From Neoconidiobolus thromboides FSU 785 (lineage: Eukaryota > Fungi > Entomophthoromycota), in the NCBI GenBank assembly GCA_025603075.1, contig MU626471.1:1-32376 (forward strand): DNA of 32,376 bases, read 5' to 3'. Numbering within the stretch: position 1 is the first letter of the stretch; every line of letters begins with the position of its first letter. This document shows positions 23,944 to 32,376 of the stretch, in pieces. Made by a program: the position numbers and the translations under genes. Below the pieces are notes generated by a model. The model was given only the letters and a program-made list of their open reading frames with translations, did not search any database and was not told where the DNA came from.

Positions 23944-26900
23944 TTAAACATAAACTAAACCTTGCATTGGAGGGATTGCACTAGCAAGCATACCACCACC
24001 AGCATTGATAGGGGGTTCTAAAGCGAATGCAGATAACCACACAACATAAGTCAATACCAAAACAGATCCTTTAAAATAATTGGATTTTCCTTCAATATAG
24101 ATATAAGTGATCAAAAACACGGATAACAATACTGAAAACATATCAAGTCGAGGGAAGATTAAGCTAATATAAAATGTCAATCTATAGCTATAGAGTATAC
24201 TATTATAATAAACTTACGTGAATGATTGTAAAGTAGGATCAATCTTATTGGACCAATGATAATAAGCTGAAAACGCTACTAAAGAAGGAATTTGGAGTAA
24301 AGCTACTTGAACAGTATAAGCAGAGCCGATCTCCATACTAAATATAGCGTAAATAAAAGCGTAGAAATATTACTAAATAAAGACTACCTTAAAGGAATAT
24401 TTCCATGTATAGCAAATGAAATAGCATTAACAAATTCAGTTACATTAGGTACCTAAAATTAATAATAAATAAAAGTGTCTCATTTTAAACATAATAAAAT
24501 AATTACCAAAGCAAAAATAGTTAATCCTAACATTTTCTCAGATATATTAACTCCTTCAATAACAGAGTCTACAGATCCAACCATGACTTCAGCAATAAGT
24601 GAGAACAATATAGTACATGAGCATAAAATCACTGCTGATTTTAATTTAGACCATTCAGGTGCATCATGACCACCAACCTCATCATCGTCTTCATCATCAT
24701 CTGAAAATATACCTGCATCTCTTGAATATGATTTGTTATTATTATGGGTCATATGAATAGCATCTACAATAGATTGATGCATAGCCAATGGAATAGTTTC
24801 TAGATTTTCAAATGCAGTAGTTTCAGGTCCAATTTTTGTAGTTGGGCTGTTTGATGAGCTAGGTTCTTCATCTGGTATAGGGTCAGTTTGAGTGTTACAT
24901 TCAACTACATTAACTGAGTGTAAAGTAGCATTATCACTATTTTGATTTGGTTCTACTTTTTTACTACTAAAATTTAATTGCTCTAAAATATGCCCAGGTA
25001 ATAACTTATTGTATATGCTTTGTAACATTTTAGATGGATTAGAAGGTGGTGCATAAATTAATTTAGTATGTGTTCTTAATGCAAACCATAATCCAATAAG
25101 ATAAGTTAAAGGTAGAATTATTGCGCAAATATACATTAAAGGTCTAGCATGGTCATAATAAAATTTAGATTCGGATGGATGAGGTTGATAATAAGCACAT
25201 GATTTGCAAGACCAATGATTGTTAGCATTAACAGGACAATCTGTACATCTTAATTCAAAATTAGCATAAATTGAATAAAATAAAGTGGGCGTAAATACAC
25301 CAATAAGGGACATAATTAACATAGTTGAAGTTACACCTGCACTTTTTGCATTAAATCTTTGCTGTTTCTTTTTTAAAGCACCACCAATCATTGAAAATCC
25401 AGGCATTAATAATAACCCAGCTAACATGGAACCAATGATAGAGCCTTCAACTAACTCTGCTTTATTTTCGGTCAGTGCTATGCAGTATAATATGATTTCA
25501 ACAATAGAACCAAAAGTGGCATTGATTACAGCGCCCATCCCCAAAGAAGACTGAGCAGAGATTGAAGATACTGCCATACCAATAAAATAAGCTAATGGCA
25601 CGGTTGAAGCTAAACAACCAGCAAATATAACAGATTGATCTGCGAGGGGATGCTTACCATGGGTCCAAGGGGCAAGAATATAAGCATCAGTCAATGTAAA
25701 GAATACCACCATCATAAGATTGATAAATAATATATTGATACCATCATGGGTATATTTATAATAGCCTAATCCAAAAGCATAGGTAGTACATAAAGAAGGA
25801 TGTGCATTTTCTTGATTTAACTTCAAATCACATGAACGATTGAATTTCAAGCTTAAGGGAATTCTACGTAACTTTTTGACCAAAACATAATTGAGTTTAG
25901 CCATTGGCACAGAGAATACCATTAACCAGCATAATAAAGATACAATTAACATTAAAGGGGCAACAATCGTATAATATATAGTGAAATAAAAGAATTTACC
26001 AGGAAAAAGACCTGATTTAGGGACGACTTGTCTAGGTGTACCACCTAATAAAGGTTCTTCATCACCTGAAACTTCAGCACGAGAGATTTCTTCTGGATTG
26101 ATTTTTTCTACGTATTTATTAAATGGCCAAAAAATATACCAAGCTAAGCCACTTAAAACTTTTGAGTATTCTAAACCACCAAAAGGAACTAAAAATAATA
26201 TCCACGATAATGTATAAAATACAATAGATAACCACCAACCGAATAATACTAGCCACACTAAATTACCAACAGAAAAATACAAAGCTTCAGTGGGTATTGA
26301 ATGTAAAGCTGAGCGTGCACTTCTTGTAATAGAACGTGATTTTTTATATAAAGCTGGCTTCCATAAAGGTAAACCAAATGGATGATATTCATTCAAAATC
26401 TCTTGTCTATCTTTGATAGTTTGTTCATGATCTGAATTTTCTACAAAATCGGTATCCATATTCAAATCAGTATCTGTGAAATCTAATTCTGGGCGATATT
26501 TCGATTGTCTAAGATAGGCAGATTTTCTTGTATTATTAAAGCTTACATTTCTTGATTTTGTTTTTGAGGCTCTCTTAGATTTTACTGTACTACTCTTTCT
26601 GGTTTCACTGTTGTCTTCTTCGCTACCATCTTGTTCCAAAGCTAGCTCTTCTTCTTCATCAATATCTGAGCCTAAATTTTTATTATTCATTTCGCGAATA
26701 CTTAGCTTGGAATCCCTACGCTTATTTAAGCTCATACGATGACGTAACTTACCATGGGATCCATAAGAATTATTTAGGTCCTTAGAAGTTGATTGAGCTT
26801 TTGAATTACGTTTACTCGTTGGATTGCTTCCTAATTCATTGTCGATTGTTTGTGTACTTGCTATACATGCATTGGAGTAAGTTGAATTAGCTCTACTTAT

Positions 26901-26984
26901 TACCGGTGTAGTATTTAAAGAAACTTGAGTTGAATTTGGATTTGTAGTGTCTTTGGAGATAGGATTATTGTCTTTATCTTCCAT
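23944..26984 (-). CDS. VNX1: Vacuolar cation/H+ exchanger, CAX type II (VNX1-like); one long first exon plus three short 3' exons
   Basis: 834-aa ORF with hydrophilic N-terminus, PFGLPLWKPALYKKSRSI, GNLVWLVLFGWW, alpha-1 motif GAVINATFGSIVEIILY, acidic loop (SDDDEDDDEVGGHDAPEWS); spliced alpha-2 motif LV|PNVTEFVNAISFA, then MEIGSAYTVQVALLQIP and YIEGKSNYFKGS. Confidence 0.93.
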
Positions 26985-28139
26985 TTTATTTTAAAACTAG
27001 AAACTAGGGGTTCTAGTTTTAGCTCTTTTATATAACCAATTTTAGGAGTAATTTTATCATTTTCAACCAATCAAATTTCTTATCTCCGCAATTTGCTTAT
27101 TCTGGGTTCAACCCTTTAAAGCTAAAATTTAATATAGTTTTTATAGATTTCATAGGCTCGAGGGAGATGTGGTTTATTAAATTTAAATTGTTTGTTAGTT
27201 ATATGTTATTTTATTATACATATAAAGTGATGATATTTTAGGGCTCTTAAAGACCTCTGGAATCTTGATCTTTAGCATAATGAGCAAAGCCTAATGTCTT
27301 GATTTGTGTTAATACTTCATTTTCTCTTCTAGTGATTTTTCTTATTTTCCATTACAGATTGTTGTTTTCTTTATAATTTCTTTTTTTAAAGGTGATCGCT
27401 TTTTGCTATTAAGAAATAGAGATACCATAATAGCATTATCCTTATAGTATAATTATAATTATAAGTTTTTTAAGTACATGGCAAGAAAATAAACTATTAT
27501 TATTTTAACATAATTGTAAATAATACGACTGATTATGATTGAGGATAATTAAAATGGGAATATCTTTAACCAAATTATTAAAACATTTAAAAAATAACGA
27601 CTATTACTATTAGTATAAAATGAAAAAGAGTAATAGCTTTTGAAATATTGTAAACAAAACTTTTGTTTTTTATTTCTATTCTGTGTATAAAGTAAATACT
27701 GTATCATAACAGTTATTTCTATTTCAAATGAAAGATTCAATTATCAGTTTTTTACATGATAAAGTTTTTATTTACTGATCAAATCCTTATCTATTTAATT
27801 ATAAATTTTATGCGTAAACGTCATTGCACTTTATAAGAATTTGATAGAATATGAGTTTATTTTATGAATAATTATTTTAATATTGTCCGAAGTATTCCAA
27901 AGATCGGATATTTAAATAGTTTTAATAATGGTGGATTTTTAAACATTGTACTGTTAAATAATAAATGTTTTTATTTAAAAAGGCTTTTAAAATGTAAATT
28001 GAATCCATTATAACGTTAATTTAACATGATATTTAGCTATACTCTTTGTAATACCAAATGCTTTATTAACTTGATAAGCAAAATATACGGGAGAAATTTA
28101 AAATTAAAAAAGTAAATACTATCCAGCCAATAAACTTTT

Positions 28140-28660
28140 GGTAATTAAACAGCTAATGTATGACAAACTGAGCATTCTGAAATTTTGAATTTACTTCTTT
28201 GTTCCATGAACAGTGCTTTTATATTCTATAGAAAGGGGAGTTGTTGCACCAATTTTATCAATCCCCATTTATATTGGGCATGTTGTAAAAACCTGAGTCA
28301 TTTCTTTCACATCAGGCTCCCAATATCAAGAAACTTGTGATGGCTTATCTTCTTACTACACAACACCTTTGTTATCTATAAAACTTTTATATAAGTCACC
28401 TTGATTTCATTTTCTAAACCATTATTGGGACTTGTAATGAGTTCATGTTTTGTAACAAAGCTTTGGATTCAACTTTCCATACCTAAGATATAAAATGTTG
28501 ATTGTTTTTTAAGCAATCTCAGTTCTTTATTAGGTCTTTTATAAGGCACTTGTTCTAGACTAGATACTCCCTTTTAAATGTTCGCACATATATTCAAACT
28601 CTGCATAACGAATAGAAGTGGGCTCAATATAATAATCAAGCATCTGAGATGTCTCTCTGA
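28140..28660 (-). pseudogene. Degenerate LTR-retrotransposon pol fragment (RNase H end / integrase start; possibly Ty3/Gypsy-like), with several stops and frameshifts
   Basis: Broken minus-strand frames read YAEFEYMCEHLKG (cf. L.EF.Y.I.Y..G after RNase H), YWEPDVKEMTQVFTTCPI* (cf. integrase zinc-binding YW...V.TC..C) and MGIDKIG (cf. rve start ..GID.IG). GC is higher than in the flanks. Confidence 0.4.
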
Positions 28661-28786
28661 CTTATAATAATTTAAAGCTTATTCAAATAAGCAGTACGAA
28701 TTTTATTAGAGTTTGAATGAAAACATAAATTATACAGTGAATTAGTAATAAAATATACTAGAATATGAAACATTTATTTAATATAT

Positions 28787-28884
28787 GGGGATGTATTTTT
28801 GTATTTAAGAATTTTATTAATAATCTTTCCGCTCAAATAGCGCTTAAAAGATGGAAAAAATAATGAAGTCAAAAAAACATCATC
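28787..28884 (+). mobile_element. MITE copy with ATAT/ATAT TSD
   Basis: ATAT|GGGGATGTATTTTTGTATTTAAGAATTT...TTTCCGCTCAAATAGCGCTTAAAAGATGGAAAAAATAATGAAG...ACATCATC|ATAT. Confidence 0.85.
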
Positions 28885-29057
28885 ATATCATAATGAAAAT
28901 TGGTGAAAATAAACAAATCCCCAACTATCTAATTAAACTGTTTATATTTCTGTAGATAACTATTATTTGCTTATAAACGCTTAAACTTATTTTTTTAATC
29001 ATTTTCGATATAATGAAAATTGCTTTCAAAATCAATGAAACACCTAAACTACTAAAT

Positions 29058-29252
29058 GGGGATGTTTTTTTGGTTTCATTACTTGGGGATGTTTTTTGTT
29101 TAAGAATTTCAGTACAATCTTTCCACTCAAATACCGCTTAAAAATGGAAAAATAATGAAACAAAAAAACAGAGCCCCACTTTTTCCATCCTTTAAGCACT
29201 ATTTGAGCGGAAATTTTATTAGTAAAATTTTTAAACATAAAAATACATCCCC
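29058..29252 (-). mobile_element. MITE copy (reverse), interrupted by a nested copy; AAAT/AAAT TSD
   Basis: AAAT|GGGGATGTTTTTTTGGTTTCATT...[insert]...TTTCCATCCTTTAAGCACTATTTGAGCGGAAA...ACATCCCC|AAAT. Confidence 0.85.
29085..29177 (+). mobile_element. MITE copy nested inside another copy; ACTT/ACTT TSD
   Basis: ACTT|GGGGATGTTTTTTGTTTAAGAATTT...GAGCCCC|ACTT. Removing the insert and one ACTT restores TTCATTACTTTTTCCATC, the reverse complement of the family core. Confidence 0.85.
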
Positions 29253-29629
29253 AAATGCTAAAACCTTTTTTATATCTAAAATTTATTTATAAGCTTTTTG
29301 ATGAGCTATATATTTTACTTTAAAATTATTGATCTTTTTTAATAAAGCATATGTTTAATATAAATGTATAACTTAAAGTAAGCAATAATTAAATATAAAA
29401 AAGCAGTTCAATTATAATTAATATATATTTAACAAAAAATAACATATAGAGTATCAATATAAAAAGCTAATTAAGATTTCACCAAAACAATTATAAATAC
29501 AGTATGGGTATAGCACAAAGGAACTTTTTTAAAGCTTGCTGAAAAAACTAGAGATTATTAAAAATAAAAATTTTAAAAAGCTTAATATGGGTTTAAAAAT
29601 ATATTATTATTTATTTTCAATCAATATAT

Positions 29630-29727
29630 GGGGATGTATTTTTATGTTTAAGAATTTTGGTAACAAATTTTCCGCTCAAATAGTGCTTAAGGAATAGAAA
29701 AAATGATGAAGCCAAAAAAACATCCTC
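29630..29727 (+). mobile_element. MITE copy with ATAT/ATAT TSD
   Basis: ATAT|GGGGATGTATTTTTATGTTTAAGAATTT...TTCCGCTCAAATAGTGCTTAAGG...CATCCTC|ATAT. Confidence 0.85.
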
Positions 29728-30102
29728 ATATCATAAATCGGCCATGGTATTAATACCGAAATAACAAAGGTTGCAAAAATCCTTTCCTAGCTTTTTAGTT
29801 AAAAATTAAAATTAAACAGTATAGTTTATAGACTTTATATTTAAACATTTTAGTATAAAAAGTTAAAATAAAAGTGCAATATCATAGCTTGATATTATAT
29901 ACATTTATATATAATGAAGTTTTATTTTGAAATACAACTTTTGTTATTATTTGTTAAAAACAAGCTTAAATATTAATTCTGAAATCTTCAGTTTTTAAAA
30001 TTGAATTTATATACTTACTATTGACAAGGTTTTTTAAATAAAAACGTATATAATAAAACTTTAAAAAATTAATATTATATAAAAAATGAAATTTCATTAT
30101 AT

Positions 30103-30200
30103 GGGTATGTTTTTTTGGCTTCATTATTTTTTCCATTTTTTAAGCGCTATTTGAGTGGAAAAATTGTTACCAAAATTCTTAAACTTAAAAATACATTCCC
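30103..30200 (-). mobile_element. MITE copy (reverse) with ATAT/ATAT TSD
   Basis: ATAT|GGGTATGTTTTTTTGGCTTCATTATTTTTTCCATTTTTTAAGCGCTATTTGAGTGGAAAAA...ACATTCCC|ATAT. Confidence 0.85.
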
Positions 30201-30272
30201 ATATATAAGGTATATTTTATTCAAAAAAATTAAACTAAAAAATATTAAACCCGTAATTTTAAGAGCAGATTT

Positions 30273-30695
30273 TGTGAAATATCGCTTTGTCAGTTCATGG
30301 TTAATTATAGCATAACAACCGCCTAAGCTGTTGTGTTCTCGAGTTCAGAGAAAATCAATCCCACATTCTTAGTTTGATTTGATATGAGAATTTCTATCTT
30401 CGTCTCAAAGAATATTCTCCCCTCGTTTTGATATTTATACTTATCGGAGTATAAAAGAGTTTACAGAGTTAGTTGTTTGAGGCTTTTTAACTAAATTATT
30501 CCCTGATATCTCGTACATTTAATAAAGCCATTAAGTTTTCTTAATAGTATTTTACGTAGGTTTTACATTAGTATTGTCTATTCTATTTGTCTTATATAGC
30601 TTGTAACCTATTACGTGCTATTCTTCGTAATCCAAGTCTATCTCAGTCACATAAACTAAGATCTTTTGGTTCCAAATACTGAGTACCAGATTTCA
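30273..30695 (+). mobile_element. Solo LTR (423 bp) with 5-bp TSD GATTT
   Basis: GATTT|TGTGAAAT...ATTTCA|GATTT; TG...CA termini; TATAAAAG at 30450 and AATAAA at 30521; about 90% identical by eye to the copy at 32034. Confidence 0.85.
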
Positions 30696-31316
30696 GATTT
30701 TTTATAGATTATTTTTAAAATTACTATTTAAACCTGAAAGTAAATTTTAATTTTATTGAGTATAAGTTAATTTAAACATAATATTGGTTTATAAAATATA
30801 TATTATTATATGCTAAAATAAAACATAAACTATAATGAAAAATATTAGAATTTTTTTTGATAGTATATTGAATATATTCTTTACTCCTGTAATTTTTTAG
30901 ATTAATGTTTTTTGTTTTATATAATTCTTCTAAATTTATATAATTTCAATTAGCTGTTTTTTAATCAAATTTATTATTTTGAGTTTTACGTTTTTTGAAT
31001 ATTTTATACATATACATTTTATTAATGTTTTTATCTACAATATTTTTTTTGATAGTTTTTTATTTTTATCCTTTTTTTTTAATTTTACTCTTTTTTCATA
31101 AATTAATTTGTAATTTCTATTTTTTTGTTTTTTTTAATTATTTTACTTTTTGAAGTTATTTTATTATTATTATAATATAGTCTTCTATACTGATTTTTAC
31201 TAATATAAATTTGATTTTAATAAAATTGATTAAAAGTAGATTTTTTATTATCATTTATTTTAAGATTTTTTATTAACTAATTTAATTTAATTTAGTACAA
31301 AACTAAAAACATTTAT

Positions 31317-31412
31317 GGGGATGTGTTTTTTTAAGAACTTTGCTAATAAATTTTTCGTGCAAATAGCGCTCAAAAAATGGAAAAAGTAACAAAACCAAAA
31401 AAAATCATCCTC
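31317..31412 (+). mobile_element. MITE copy, more diverged; TSD not preserved
   Basis: GGGGATGTGTTTTTTTAAGAACTTT...CAAATAGCGCTCAAAAAATGGAAAAAGTAAC...CATCCTC. Confidence 0.75.
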
Positions 31413-32033
31413 TATTATTTAGCTATTTTAATTATTTTTGATATATAAGATTTGGATTTCTTAAAGTAATGTTTGCTTGTTTGCTTTACCTGTTTTTTTT
31501 AGCTTTAATAGTTATAATAATAAGAAATTAAAGCAAATGTATAAAGTCTTACTTCTATAGCTATAAAAGTTAGTATTTAATAATTAAAATTAAGAGGAGC
31601 TTTTGCTTAATTAACTGACTACAAGTTAAAAAATCTTAGTTCATACAGTTAAAATAAACTTAAATTAACACAAATATTTTGCAATAAAAAATTAAGGATG
31701 TGTATAATTTTTGAATTTTAATTATATAATAAAATATTATATTTTCAAGTAAAAACCATTGTTATTTCCAGTATTATACAACCTTAAATAAAGTTGATAA
31801 TTGAAATAAATTATGGTTTATAAATCTGAACTATAATAAAAAATAAACTATATAAAATGTTATAAATACAAAATGTTTGTTAATAAACTATACAAAATAG
31901 TAAAAGCAAATATAATAAAAACAATGTATAATAATATTTAACTTTAAAATTTGATTTAACTTTAAAATTTCTCTATTTAAAATAATTTACATAAATAATA
32001 TTATTTTATTTAAAATGCTTTTAATTAAAGTAT

Positions 32034-32376
32034 TGTGAAATATCGCTTTGTCAGTCCCATGGTTAATTATAACATAACAATCGCCTAAGCTGTTGTGTTC
32101 TCGAGCCCAGAGGAAATCAATCCCATGTTCTTATTTTGATTTGTTATGAGAATTTCTAGCTCCATCCAAAAGAATATTATCTTCTCATTTTGATATTTAT
32201 ACTTTTCAGAGTATAAAAGAGTTTACAGAGTATAATAGTTCGAGGCTTTTTAACTGAATTATTCCCTGATATCTCGAACATTTAATAAAGCCATTAAGTT
32301 TTCTTAATAGTATTTTACATAGATTTTACATTAGTATTGTCTATTCTATTTGTCTTATATAGCTTGTAACCTATTA
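32034..32376 (+). mobile_element. Second copy of the same LTR, truncated by the window end (solo LTR or 5' LTR of a longer element)
   Basis: Begins TGTGAAATATCGCTTTGTCAG and is co-linear with 30273-30615 up to the last base of the window; left flank is AGTAT. Confidence 0.85.

Noticed and set aside
178-25554. Antisense or alternate-frame ORFs (178-375, 2404-2652, 14382-14636, 15957-16274, 16429-16695, 21425-21631, 21465-21686, 23009-23194, 24475-24669, 25285-25554)
   Set aside because: They overlap confidently identified genes as shadow frames and have no independent motif support.
26993-27020. 10-bp stem hairpin (AAAACTAGAA/TTCTAGTTTT) just upstream of the VNX1 start codon
   Set aside because: AU-rich and weak; such stems are expected by chance at this base composition.
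4430-27740. Short intergenic ORFs 4430-4642, 10227-10415 and 27549-27740
   Set aside because: AT-driven composition (I/F/K/N/Y-rich), mostly non-ATG starts, no splice or motif support.
29044-30315. ORFs 29044-29238 and 30115-30315 sharing the peptide FKRYLSGKIV (also 4706-4918 and 4743-4928)
   Set aside because: They are chance translations of MITE copies, not a protein family.
30273-32376. Two LTRs flanking 1.3 kb as a single TRIM or deleted retroelement
   Set aside because: The first LTR has its own matched GATTT TSD on both sides and no PBS follows it, so it is an independent solo LTR.
1-32376. tRNA, rRNA, minor-spliceosome snRNA genes, CRISPR arrays, telomeric repeats
   Set aside because: None recognised by eye; a covariance-model scan would be needed to exclude diverged ncRNAs.

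Overview
Very AT-rich eukaryotic genomic DNA with many short (about 45-100 nt) spliceosomal introns. It is most consistent with an early-diverging (non-Dikarya) fungus; this is inferred from gene content and intron style, not from a search. Eleven protein-coding genes can be reconstructed by hand: the 3' part of aminoacylase-1 (+), DML1/Misato (-), an isochorismatase-family hydrolase (+), an intronless Ser/Pro-rich hypothetical protein (-), XPD/RAD3 helicase (-), an MFS transporter (-), RPC40/AC40 (-), AP-1 sigma (-), ELF1 with a long acidic tail (-), TOM5 (+, absent from the ORF track) and an NR2C2AP homolog (-). A twelfth, a VNX1-type cation/H+ exchanger (-), is largely one long ORF. The last 5 kb or so is a gene-free transposon island holding a degenerate LTR-retroelement pol fragment, a 423-bp solo LTR with a perfect 5-bp TSD, a second copy of that LTR cut by the window end, and several copies of a ~95-100 bp GGGG...CCCC MITE, one nested inside another. 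The most notable signal is the last intron of the NR2C2AP homolog: it has no usable GT donor but carries the full minor-spliceosome (U12-type) signature (5' ATATCCTTT, branch point TCCTTAAC, 3' AC). All gene identities come from motif recognition by eye, and exon boundaries are manual.
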